From Candidatus Enterocola sp. (GTDB lineage Bacteria > Bacteroidota > Bacteroidia > Bacteroidales > Paludibacteraceae): a DNA stretch of 64,000 nucleotides. The notes below the pieces were generated by a model. It ran no database searches and had not been told where the DNA came from. It saw nothing but the letters and a program-made list of their open reading frames with translations. Below, piece by piece: positions 52,301-61,331 of this stretch; position 1 is the stretch's first letter; each line of letters starts with the position of its first letter. The stretch spans positions 190,077 to 254,076 of the forward strand of contig JAZKXZ010000025.1 in NCBI GenBank assembly GCA_045611845.1. The letters run 5' to 3'. Made by a program: the position numbers and the translations under genes.

Positions 52301-54565
52301 ATGGAACCACATTACATTTGCATCGCAATCAAAAATGAACAGGTTGTGAAAACAGAATTAGTAAATATTGCAAAATCATTTGCAGCTGAATATTCTAGCA
52401 ACGCAGTTTATCCAGCACACCTATTCAAAGCCGTACTTCATAAAGAAGCAGGACTAGTTCACTTCTTGGAAATAGACTTAGACAAAGACTATTTTTACCT
52501 ACAAGAATGGGCAGATGTACAAATGTCTCTAGCTCCACGCTCAGTGAAACCTACCTCAGATTTAGACTTTTCAGAAGAATCAATCGACGTACTTGAAGAA
52601 GCAAAATCTTATCAATTGCGATTCTCACTTGCAGAATGCGAACCTATATGTATTCTTGCTTCACTTGTAACTCCAGGTGTCGGTTTCTCATTCGACGTGT
52701 TAAAAACATTACCTCTTACTGCTTCTGAAATTTGTGAAAAAATGGGTACAGACAGCAACGTAACACCAAACACTATGGCAAACACCACTGCCGCTCCAAC
52801 TGCTAGTACAACAAATGCGATAGCAAAATATTGTATTAACAAAACTTCAGAAGCAGCAAATGGAAAGTTGGCCCCAGTAGTAGGTTTTGAAGACGAGATT
52901 TCTACTATTTATGAAATATTGGCTCGTAAGACCAAATCAAACCTACTTATTACAGGCGAGGCAGGTGTAGGTAAAACATCTTTAATAAATGCTTTTGCTA
53001 TGGCAGTAGCAAACAAAAAAGTTCCTACATTCTTAAAAGGAGCAAGCATTTACGAACTAGATTTAGCATCTCTTGGTGCAGATGCCTCTTATAAAGGTGA
53101 GGTTGAAGACCGTTTTAAAAAGATTTTAAACGAAGTAAAAGAAAATAAGAACGCAATTTTATTAATAGAATCTATTGATAAACTCTTCGACAAACAATCA
53201 TCTTTATTTGGTGCATCATCAATTTTGAAACAAGAACTTAGTAGAGGTAGCATTTTACTACTTTGCACATCTAGTGTAGATGGTTACACCAAAAATATAG
53301 AAACAGACAAAGAGTTTGTTAGCAAACTAGAAAAAATAAATATAGAAGAGCCAAGAGCAGAGCACTGTTTAGAGGTGTTGAAAGGTTCTCTAAACACATA
53401 CGAAGAGTTTCACTCTTTGAGCATCGCCGAAGATGTAATGACAGAAGCAATTCGCCTTGCAAAACGTTATTTGACAGAAAAAGCACTTCCAGACTCAGCT
53501 TTTGACCTTATCGACCGTGCCATGGCACAAGTGAAAACCATGAACGATATGAATGGCGAAAAAGAAAAACGCACTTCACTCGACACTTCAGACCTTACTG
53601 CAGTGGTGGCAAAACAAACAGGTATTCCTTTGGGAAAACTAAACTCAACAGAAAGAGAAAAACTTGTAAATGGCGAAGAAACTCTTAAAAAACGTGTGGT
53701 AGGTCAAGACCACGCTGTGAAAACAGTTTTAGATTCTGTATTTGAATCTCGCTCAGGACTAAACAAAAAAGGTCAGCCAATGGGTTCATTCTTCTTTCTT
53801 GGACCAACAGGTACAGGTAAAACAGAACTTTCAAAAGCCTTGGCAGAGTTTCTTTTCGAAGACGAATCTTCACTTATCCGTTTTGATATGTCGGAGTTTA
53901 AAGAAGAACACTCTGTGGCACTTCTTTATGGAGCTCCTCCAGGATATGTAGGATATGAAGAAGGTGGCTTGCTAGTAAACAAAATTCGTCAAAAACCATA
54001 TTCAGTAGTATTGTTTGACGAAATTGAAAAAGCTCACAAATCTGTCTTTGACTTGTTTTTACAAATTCTTGATGAAGGAAAATTGCACGACCGTTTAGGT
54101 AGAGTAGGTGATTTCTCAAATGCTTTGATTCTTTTTACATCAAACATAGGAAGTCAGTTTATTGTAGATGCATTCAACGAAGGTCGCACACCAGAAAATA
54201 ATGAACTAATGAATATAATGCAAGGTAATTTCCGTCCTGAGTTTCTAGCACGTCTCACAGAAATAGTTCCATTTTCACCTATTATGCCAGATGGAGTGGT
54301 TAGTATTTTCGACATACACTTTAATGGACTATTAAATTTACTAGAAGAGCAAAATATAAAACTAGTAATGACCGATGAGGTAAAAAAAGAAATAGCTATT
54401 AAAGGCTACAATCAACAATATGGTGCTCGTCCACTTATAGGTATTATTCGTAAAGAATTACGTCACCCACTTTCAAAACTAATAATTAGTGGAAAAGTAC
54501 AATCAGGTGACACCGTAGAGGTAAGCATTATAGACGACAAAATAGAATTTACAGTAAAAAAATAA
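52301..54565 (+). CDS. tssH: T6SS AAA+ ATPase ClpV (TssH), ClpB-like
   Basis: Clp N-domain-like start. The D1 Walker A is GEAGVGKTS and the D2 Walker A is GPTGTGKTE. D2 also has VVLFDEIEKAH and GARPL. It sits directly upstream of tssB/tssC. ATG at 52301 is preferred over the TTG at 52229. Confidence 0.88.
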   Translation: MEPHYICIAIKNEQVVKTELVNIAKSFAAEYSSNAVYPAHLFKAVLHKEAGLVHFLEIDLDKDYFYLQEWADVQMSLAPRSVKPTSDLDFSEESIDVLEEAKSYQLRFSLAECEPICILASLVTPGVGFSFDVLKTLPLTASEICEKMGTDSNVTPNTMANTTAAPTASTTNAIAKYCINKTSEAANGKLAPVVGFEDEISTIYEILARKTKSNLLITGEAGVGKTSLINAFAMAVANKKVPTFLKGASIYELDLASLGADASYKGEVEDRFKKILNEVKENKNAILLIESIDKLFDKQSSLFGASSILKQELSRGSILLLCTSSVDGYTKNIETDKEFVSKLEKINIEEPRAEHCLEVLKGSLNTYEEFHSLSIAEDVMTEAIRLAKRYLTEKALPDSAFDLIDRAMAQVKTMNDMNGEKEKRTSLDTSDLTAVVAKQTGIPLGKLNSTEREKLVNGEETLKKRVVGQDHAVKTVLDSVFESRSGLNKKGQPMGSFFFLGPTGTGKTELSKALAEFLFEDESSLIRFDMSEFKEEHSVALLYGAPPGYVGYEEGGLLVNKIRQKPYSVVLFDEIEKAHKSVFDLFLQILDEGKLHDRLGRVGDFSNALILFTSNIGSQFIVDAFNEGRTPENNELMNIMQGNFRPEFLARLTEIVPFSPIMPDGVVSIFDIHFNGLLNLLEEQNIKLVMTDEVKKEIAIKGYNQQYGARPLIGIIRKELRHPLSKLIISGKVQSGDTVEVSIIDDKIEFTVKK

Positions 54566-54591
54566 ATAATTAATCCTTAAACTAGAAAATT

Positions 54592-55056
54592 ATGGCAATG
54601 AAAGAAAATTTCATCTCAATGGCTCCAGATGAAGAATCAAACGCAAAGGTTAGTCCGATTGACAACAACAAAACTTTGATGATAGATCAATACACATCGG
54701 ACGCTGAGCCAGGTAATCCAGAGTTTGTAGAAAATATTCAAACTATCTCTGACGCATTCGCACACTTTAAACCAAAAGTGGAAATTGATTTCACAGACGA
54801 AGAAGGTGGTTCTGTAAACGAAGTGCTTAAGTTCAACGAACTTCGTGACTTTGAGGCACAAGGTGGTAAAGGAAACTTAGTAAAAAACAGTGAGTTTTTA
54901 TCTAGTGTAAAACTTAAAATCGACACCAATGCCAAAATACGCAAAAGCATTGAACAAAATCGTAAACTAAGAGAGATTTTAAAAGATGCTTCTGCAAAAG
55001 AAGAGTTAAAAGAAATGCTAAAAGCTATGTTAGCAGAACTAGAAGAAAACAAATAA
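54592..55056 (+). CDS. tssB: T6SS contractile sheath small subunit TssB (Bacteroidota T6SS-iii type)
   Basis: 154-aa acidic protein directly upstream of tssC. ...KVEIDFTDEEGGSVNEVLKFNELRDFEAQG...FLSSVKLKI... fits the TssB pattern. Confidence 0.78.
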   Translation: MAMKENFISMAPDEESNAKVSPIDNNKTLMIDQYTSDAEPGNPEFVENIQTISDAFAHFKPKVEIDFTDEEGGSVNEVLKFNELRDFEAQGGKGNLVKNSEFLSSVKLKIDTNAKIRKSIEQNRKLREILKDASAKEELKEMLKAMLAELEENK

Positions 55057-55068
55057 AAAGAATGAGTT

Positions 55069-56424
55069 ATGGCTGAATTAGAAGTAAAAAAACAAGCAGT
55101 AGCAGAACAAGCACCAGTTGCAAGTGCTAGCGAAAATAAAAATACAGCAGAACTTTTATCTGCGTTCGGTGGATTTAATGCAGTACGTGGTTTTATGCCA
55201 GATGCAGACAATCTAAATCCTGCAAAAAAAGCAGCAAAAGCAGTGTTCTTATCAGACAAACGCTTCAAAGACAAACGTGAAGGTCTTATCAACGACATTA
55301 AAGGTTGGTTGGAAGTGCTAGAAGAAGGTCACGAAAGCGCAACAGAATTTGTAGAAGCTTGCAAAGCAAAAGAAGAAAAGCAAGAAAAAGTTCTACAACA
55401 AGGTATTACAGATGCACTTTTTGCCACAGCAAACCTAGAACGTTCTTATCGTGCTCTAGACTCATTCTTTAAAACTGCAAACACAGAAAAAGTAAAAAAC
55501 CTACGCGTTATCAATGTTTATAAAGACGATATTGCCGATCCAGATTCTGGCTTTGCAGGTGAAGTAGATGCAATTTTAAGAGGAGGTTTCGACCGCTTAA
55601 GCTTAAAAGATTGCTATAGCCTACTAGTAGTTCCAGGAAATGTTTTCCAAGACAAAGTATCTCTACTTCAATGGGCAAAAATAGCATTCAAATATAAAGT
55701 AATGCTACTTACAGACCACGCAGATGAATATTCTTTCGACGACCTATTCTCAAACACAGAAGGCTACAAAGACAGTGATATAGAATTACAAAACGTAATT
55801 ATGACAGCCAACTGGATTGTAGGTCGTGAGTCTGAACAACTATCAGCAGACGAAAAAGAAAACCCAGCATTCTTTATCTCAAGTTCTTCTGCATTAGCAG
55901 GTAAACTATACGACGAGAGTGCTAGTATGGCACAAGGTGCTGGCGGTAAAAAATATGGTACACTAGACGGTGTAAAAGGCGTTCGTCTAGACTTATTAAA
56001 ATCTGAAATCGCTTCACTAATGGACAATCAAGTAATTCCTATGGTGTATTCAGAAGGTAGAGTAATAGCATTTAACAATGCCACTCTTTACAACGGTGAC
56101 AACACCGCAATGAAAGAATATCCAATAGTACGCGTATTCGACTGGGTGAAAAAAGTACTTATGAACTATGTTCACGAGGTGGCTCTAGAAAACTGGGATC
56201 CATATAACTCACCAAAAAATCTAAAAGCTAAAATTCAAGCTTTCTTAAATGATTACAAAGGTTATGGAAACTTGTTCCAAAATTATGAAATTAAAGAGCC
56301 TACCCAAGACCCTATTACAAAAAGAATCACATGTGATATTAGCTTGACTCCTTTCTACTCTGCAAAAAACTTTATCATTAAAGTAGCAGCAGACAAAAAG
56401 GATAAAGAAACCCAAATGTCTTAA
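55069..56424 (+). CDS. tssC: T6SS contractile sheath large subunit TssC (T6SS-iii type)
   Basis: 451 aa in the expected position between tssB and hcp. Conserved-looking blocks are LLVVPGNVF, MLLTDHADE, ANWIVGRE and VRVFDWVKKVLMNYV. Confidence 0.85.
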   Translation: MAELEVKKQAVAEQAPVASASENKNTAELLSAFGGFNAVRGFMPDADNLNPAKKAAKAVFLSDKRFKDKREGLINDIKGWLEVLEEGHESATEFVEACKAKEEKQEKVLQQGITDALFATANLERSYRALDSFFKTANTEKVKNLRVINVYKDDIADPDSGFAGEVDAILRGGFDRLSLKDCYSLLVVPGNVFQDKVSLLQWAKIAFKYKVMLLTDHADEYSFDDLFSNTEGYKDSDIELQNVIMTANWIVGRESEQLSADEKENPAFFISSSSALAGKLYDESASMAQGAGGKKYGTLDGVKGVRLDLLKSEIASLMDNQVIPMVYSEGRVIAFNNATLYNGDNTAMKEYPIVRVFDWVKKVLMNYVHEVALENWDPYNSPKNLKAKIQAFLNDYKGYGNLFQNYEIKEPTQDPITKRITCDISLTPFYSAKNFIIKVAADKKDKETQMS

Positions 56425-56468
56425 TTAAGATGTTATCTAAATTATTTAAACTTTTAAACTTTAAAACT

Positions 56469-56861
56469 ATGGCAAAGACTCCTGTAAAATTGGAAATTGA
56501 TGGTTACAAAGAACGCGAAGTGTTAATGGTAACCTACGAATTTGATCAGGCAACCGACATCGAAGGACAAATGTCAGGTATTCCACGTGGTGGTAAAATT
56601 ACAATTCGTGTTAAAGCTCATAACGATGGTACTCCAGACTTATTAGCTTGGATGATTGAACGTAATTTACCTAAAAACGGTACTATTACCTTTATGGAAA
56701 CCAAGACAGGTAAAGTGATGAAAACCATTAAATTTACAAATGGTTACTGCATCGACTTCGACGAAAAATGGGAAGACAAAAAAGAACACTCTGAACAAAT
56801 CGTTATCACTTGTCAAAAGATCGAATTTGGTTCAGTTGTTTATGAAAACGACTGGGCATAA
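56469..56861 (+). CDS. tssD: T6SS tube protein Hcp (TssD), copy 1
   Basis: MAKTPVKLEIDGYKEREVLMVTYEFDQATDIEGQMSGIPRGGKITIRVKA... parallels copy 2 residue for residue. ATG at 56469 is preferred over 56430 because it aligns with the start of copy 2. Confidence 0.85.
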   Translation: MAKTPVKLEIDGYKEREVLMVTYEFDQATDIEGQMSGIPRGGKITIRVKAHNDGTPDLLAWMIERNLPKNGTITFMETKTGKVMKTIKFTNGYCIDFDEKWEDKKEHSEQIVITCQKIEFGSVVYENDWA

Positions 56862-56897
56862 GTTAACAGATTGTGTAACTAATTAAATTTAAACATT

Positions 56898-57296
56898 ATG
56901 GCAGAAAATAAAACTCCAGTACAATTGGAGGTAAGTGGCTTTGAAGCCCGTGAAGTAATGTTGGTTGACTATAAGTTTAACCAAGAAGTGGATCGTGAAG
57001 GTCAAATCGCTGGTATTCCACGTGGTGGTAGAATTGTTATCCGTGTTAAAGCAATGAACGACGGCAACAATCAACTTCTACAATGGATGTTATCATCAAA
57101 CGATCCTCGTGACGTAAAAATCTCTTTCGCAAACACAGTAGATGGTTCTACAATGAAAGAACTAACCGGTAAAGGTTGCTACTGCGTACATTTCACAGAA
57201 AAATGGGAAGATGGTGAAGGTCACTATGAAGAAATAGAGATAGTTTGCCAAGAATTGAAAAATGGACCAGTAGAGTTCGCAAATCCTTGGAAATAA
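56898..57296 (+). CDS. tssD: T6SS tube protein Hcp (TssD), copy 2
   Basis: MAENKTPVQLEVSGFEAREVMLVDYKFNQEVDREGQIAGIPRGGRIVIRVKAMNDG..LLQWM...HFTEKWEDGEGHYEEIEIVCQ is a Bacteroidota TssD-type sequence. Confidence 0.87.
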   Translation: MAENKTPVQLEVSGFEAREVMLVDYKFNQEVDREGQIAGIPRGGRIVIRVKAMNDGNNQLLQWMLSSNDPRDVKISFANTVDGSTMKELTGKGCYCVHFTEKWEDGEGHYEEIEIVCQELKNGPVEFANPWK

Positions 57297-57318
57297 TTAT
57301 TTAATATTTACTGTGAAG

Positions 57319-57344
57319 AGAGGACGGCGACATTGTCGTCCTCT
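57319..57344 (+). terminator. Hairpin (attenuating terminator?) after the second hcp
   Basis: AGAGGACG (57319-57326) / CGTCCTCT (57337-57344), followed by TATTTA. Confidence 0.55.
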
Positions 57345-57363
57345 TATTTAAAAAATTGAAATC

Positions 57364-57780
57364 ATGTCATTATCTGCAATATTAAAAATAGGCGACAACG
57401 CAATAGGAAACTACGATAAACAGTATCAAGTAGTGAGTTGTGTGTACAAGATTTCTTGCGGATATAATTATAGACTTCCAGATACGGATGCTAAAAACAA
57501 TAGCATAGAAATAACATTGGTTTCACCAGGGAAAGAAGACCTTACTATTTACGATTGGTATATAAAACGAATGTTGTTATCTGGTTGTATAGAATTAGAG
57601 TTTCCAACTCAAACACAATCACAAGAAGGAAGAAAAACAGTGACTTTCGAGAATGCTTCATGTTTCTCGATGAGTGAGTCATACGATATAAATGGTAAGA
57701 GTTTAAGACTTATAAAACTTGAACTTGTGGCAGAGAAAACTATTGTGGATACAATAGAATTTCAAAATTATAATTTATAA
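57364..57780 (+). CDS. Divergent Hcp/TssD-like protein (138 aa)
   Basis: Its length and pattern parallel the canonical copies: AILKIGDN...YQVVSCVYKISCGYNYR.P.....NNSIEITLVS....LTIYDWYI......G.IELEF......KTVTFENASCFSMSESYD. Similarity was judged by eye only. Confidence 0.5.
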   Translation: MSLSAILKIGDNAIGNYDKQYQVVSCVYKISCGYNYRLPDTDAKNNSIEITLVSPGKEDLTIYDWYIKRMLLSGCIELEFPTQTQSQEGRKTVTFENASCFSMSESYDINGKSLRLIKLELVAEKTIVDTIEFQNYNL

Positions 57781-57791
57781 ACTTGATTTTT

Positions 57792-58259
57792 ATGGCCGAA
57801 TTCTTTTCAAATCAACTTAAAGCAGTTCTTTTTTTAGGAGATATAACCGAACAAATGAACTTGCGTCAAGAAGACGGATATACAATACAAAATTTTGATT
57901 ATCAGTCTTTTCGTTCTCGTGATAAGTTGGGCCAACCATATGGACCTTCCAATGCTTCACTAGCACATATAACATTGCGTTCTATATCTGGCGAAGGTTA
58001 TAAAAACTTATACACTATTTTAAAACAAAGAGAATGTTATTCATTTTCTGTTTTATTTAATGTAAAATATGCAGACGATCGTTTGGTTGAATCATACGAA
58101 ACAGCATCAGTGCTAAATGGTTATATCGTAGAAATAGAAGAAATATTTAATACGCATCATAAGAAAAGCCAAAGTATGATTCTAAATATGAAGATATTGC
58201 TTCATGATGTAGATTATATAGGTGTAAATACTCACAGAAGATTAGTAGTTAATAGTTAA
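57792..58259 (+). CDS. Second divergent Hcp/TssD-like protein (155 aa)
   Basis: KAVLFLGD...YTIQNFDYQSFRSRDKLGQPYGPSNASLAHITLRS...CYSFSVLFN...NGYIVEIEEIF follows the same beta-strand logic. ATG at 57792 is preferred over the TTG at 57783. The assignment is weak. Confidence 0.42.
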   Translation: MAEFFSNQLKAVLFLGDITEQMNLRQEDGYTIQNFDYQSFRSRDKLGQPYGPSNASLAHITLRSISGEGYKNLYTILKQRECYSFSVLFNVKYADDRLVESYETASVLNGYIVEIEEIFNTHHKKSQSMILNMKILLHDVDYIGVNTHRRLVVNS

Positions 58260-58269
58260 TCATATAGCT

Positions 58270-61200
58270 ATGACAGCGGGATATAAGGTAGAAATCAAAA
58301 AGGCATTTAAAGATGATACCGCTGAATCAGTCTCTTTTACACAAGATACTTCAGAGCAAGTGTCAGAGGTATTACTTAATGCTTCACTAAGCAAAAAGAT
58401 GTATGAATCAAATTGCTTAGAAGTAGAAATACAAACAGAGAAAGATATAGAAACCTTTCGAAACAAGTTAATAACACTTACAAACAATAATATAACATTA
58501 GCAAAAGACTATTATATATTTAACATTAAACAAAAAAAAGAGAAGGTAGTACTAAAAGCTTATAGCCTAGATTACTTTCTTACAATAGATAAATTTTGTC
58601 AGGCCTTTACAGCCAAAACATTGGTAGATGACATTATAAAACCAAGCTTACAACAATCTCAAAGTAAACATTTCGATAAGTTTAGAGAAATACAAACAGG
58701 TAGTAAGAGTGGGAATATTAGCAATTGCGTGGTGAGCAACGTGAAAAACTTTCAAGGTACTGTTATTCCATATGCAGTGCAATACAATGAGAGTTTATAC
58801 GACTTTATGGTGAGGGTGTGCAATAGAGATGGTGAGTTTTTATATGTAGATGAAGACAATAAACTAAATATAGGACTTAAACCTACCAATTTGGTGCGTT
58901 TAAATTCTCTAAATCCACAAGAGATAGAATATGTGGAGTCTTACAATGAATCTAATGAAGCAGGTTGGGTAGATAAGAATTATTTGTTAGGTTCAGAAAA
59001 CAATACAGAAGAAAACACAGAAACAAATAAAAAACTAAATATAGCATTTGGAGTTTTAGCTCCAGAATATCTAGAACAAGTAGAAACAGAAGAATATTCT
59101 TCATGGTTAGACTTTACCCATCCATTTTCAGAAGCTTGTACCTTGGTGCGTGCATTAGCATTTGAAAGAACCCTTAAAGACTCCTTACTCGCTGCAAACC
59201 GAGTGATGTCATTAAACTATTCTCACTATGAGCTTTTTGTATTATATTTTAATTCAGTATTTAGTAAACAATACCCTAAAGGAACATTGTTGTATTCATC
59301 TCCACTTGCAGTAGAGGAGGAAACAGTATTGACTCGAGACAACAAAGGCTATCAAGAGTTGTATCGTATTCAAGAAGAAACAAAAAATGGTCAACTTAAG
59401 GTACTTACTACAGAACATCCAAACATAGGATTGGGTGGAACTATAATTTATAAAAACACTTCATACGTCTTATACCAAATTAATTTTTCCCTCACTTCAG
59501 ACTGCGTTGAGCAATGCGAAATGCTTTTAGTTCCAAAAACAACTAAAGGTTTTTATCCTCTTCCAATGCCAGAAAAATATGTTAGAAAAGCTTCTGCACA
59601 AAGGGCTATTGTGGTAGACAATTTCGACCCTTCACGTTTGGGTCGTGTGCGTGTGCAATACCCATGGCAAAATGAAAAGATAGAGGGCAATGAGTACTCT
59701 TTAAACAATATTAATTGTACACCATGGATTCGCATTTCTTCACCTATGGCATCTGATGGAGCTGGTTTTTTGTTTAGTCCATCTTTCAAAGATGAGGTAA
59801 TGGTAGATTTTGAAGACGGAAATGTAGAAAGACCATATGTATGTGGTTCATTATACAATGATATGAATAGACCATCACTTCCTTCAAGAAGCCAAACACG
59901 AGGCATTGTAAAATCAATCACCTCAGTGAATGGTCATCATATTTCATTTATAGATAATGGTGGTGGGGAAAGGTATATTTCAAACATAATGCCATTTTTA
60001 AAATTGGCAGCCTCTTACGGAATTGCAGACCTTAGAATATTCGACGGTCCTTATTCAAAATACTTAGGCGGTGGATTTGAAATTGCCGATTATTATGGCA
60101 TATATTCTATTACAGGTTCCACTCACAATAGAAGCATAAATATCAGTTCTCCTTTTGGTACAGTAAATATAGATGCCTTTTCTGGTATAAGCATTGAAGC
60201 ACCAATGGGCGATGTGAATATTGTAGGTAAAAATGTGAACATAGAAGCAAGAAACAATCTAACCATAACATCCGGAACCAATATTTCTGGATATTTCCGC
60301 AACAAAGAAAACTTAGGGATATTTGTAGAACCATTTGCAATGATAAACAAAGTAGCAGGTATAGATTTTAGTTTTATAAGAACATACTTAGAAGTGATAC
60401 TTCGCCCAATAGGAGGAAATATGCTTATAAAATCTAATCGCTATATGTGTTTAGAAGCTGGCGATGGAGAAACAATTGTAGAAAGAGAAAGGTCAAACAA
60501 TAGTTTTGGTTCATTTCTTTCTTGTACAAACAATAAATCTGTGGGCGATGTGCTATTAAACACCATTACTGGAACATATACAATAATAATGAATTATAAT
60601 TCTATGTGTCAGAAGTGGGAGAGTTTGTCTGAAAGAGTAAAAATGTATAGAAATACTCCGATTCAATCTATAGGTCAAACGTTGGTAACAGATTTGGGTG
60701 TTATCACAGAAGAAGCATTGGAAGATAGAGATTATATGTTAAACTCCGACGAATGTGGACAATTAAGAGCTATGCGCCGAACTGCAGAAGAAATTATAGA
60801 GATAAAAGATTCATTATTTGATACTTATAAATTGCAAGATAAGGACATAAAATCAAAAATAGAAGACTTTGATAGCATTTTTAAATCTCAAATGAAGAAT
60901 TGGAACCAAGATGAAGAGCTCCCTTATGTAATAAACTCAAAAGAGTTGATGTATAAGGAACTAAAATACACCGTAGATTCACAAAAGAATCTAAGTGATG
61001 TGATAGAGATGGATAAATGGAGTGACGAAATCAATATAGAAGATGCTGTAAGAAGAAAAGAAGAAACAGGTATAGACGTGAGGTCTATATTAAAAACAGC
61101 AGCGCTAACAGCAACAGGGCTAGATGAGTATTATAAGCTAAACGATGAAAGAGCGTGGACCGAACGCGAAAAAGGAGCAATTTTATTTTCTGATGATAAG

Positions 61201-61302
61201 AGAAACTTTTTTAAGATTGCAACAGATGGAAATCTTCAAAAAGCACACCCTAAAGACTATGATAAAATAATAGTAGATACAATTAATAGTATAAATGATT
61301 AA
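58270..61302 (+). CDS. vgrG: T6SS spike protein VgrG (TssI), long form with ~275-aa C-terminal extension
   Basis: 1010 aa with a gp27-like N-terminus and the gp5 OB-fold AQRAIVVDNFDPSRLGRVRVQYPWQ...TPWIRISSPMASDGAGFLFSP..DEVMVDFEDGNVERPYVCG. A beta-helix region follows (SITGSTHNRSINISSP...GDVNIVGKNVNIEARNNLTITSG). An unrelated helical tail begins at ~60475. Confidence 0.88.
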   Translation: MTAGYKVEIKKAFKDDTAESVSFTQDTSEQVSEVLLNASLSKKMYESNCLEVEIQTEKDIETFRNKLITLTNNNITLAKDYYIFNIKQKKEKVVLKAYSLDYFLTIDKFCQAFTAKTLVDDIIKPSLQQSQSKHFDKFREIQTGSKSGNISNCVVSNVKNFQGTVIPYAVQYNESLYDFMVRVCNRDGEFLYVDEDNKLNIGLKPTNLVRLNSLNPQEIEYVESYNESNEAGWVDKNYLLGSENNTEENTETNKKLNIAFGVLAPEYLEQVETEEYSSWLDFTHPFSEACTLVRALAFERTLKDSLLAANRVMSLNYSHYELFVLYFNSVFSKQYPKGTLLYSSPLAVEEETVLTRDNKGYQELYRIQEETKNGQLKVLTTEHPNIGLGGTIIYKNTSYVLYQINFSLTSDCVEQCEMLLVPKTTKGFYPLPMPEKYVRKASAQRAIVVDNFDPSRLGRVRVQYPWQNEKIEGNEYSLNNINCTPWIRISSPMASDGAGFLFSPSFKDEVMVDFEDGNVERPYVCGSLYNDMNRPSLPSRSQTRGIVKSITSVNGHHISFIDNGGGERYISNIMPFLKLAASYGIADLRIFDGPYSKYLGGGFEIADYYGIYSITGSTHNRSINISSPFGTVNIDAFSGISIEAPMGDVNIVGKNVNIEARNNLTITSGTNISGYFRNKENLGIFVEPFAMINKVAGIDFSFIRTYLEVILRPIGGNMLIKSNRYMCLEAGDGETIVERERSNNSFGSFLSCTNNKSVGDVLLNTITGTYTIIMNYNSMCQKWESLSERVKMYRNTPIQSIGQTLVTDLGVITEEALEDRDYMLNSDECGQLRAMRRTAEEIIEIKDSLFDTYKLQDKDIKSKIEDFDSIFKSQMKNWNQDEELPYVINSKELMYKELKYTVDSQKNLSDVIEMDKWSDEINIEDAVRRKEETGIDVRSILKTAALTATGLDEYYKLNDERAWTEREKGAILFSDDKRNFFKIATDGNLQKAHPKDYDKIIVDTINSIND

Positions 61303-61331
61303 AGTGTTTAACAGTTTAAAATTTTAAATCT

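Noticed and set aside
54738-55298. Long antisense ORFs inside well-supported genes. Examples are 54738..55298(-) in tssB/tssC, 36451..36966(-) and 37947..38303(-) in the amylase gene, and 32855..33307(+) in pgk. Others are 16550..16933(+) in rmuC, 58260..58487(-), 43618..43881(+), 46..951(+) in the ATPase gene and 12419..12694(-).
   Set aside because: They lie opposite genes with unambiguous family motifs, have low-complexity or odd composition (Ser/Ala/Phe-rich), and lack promoter boxes. I treat them as frame shadows.
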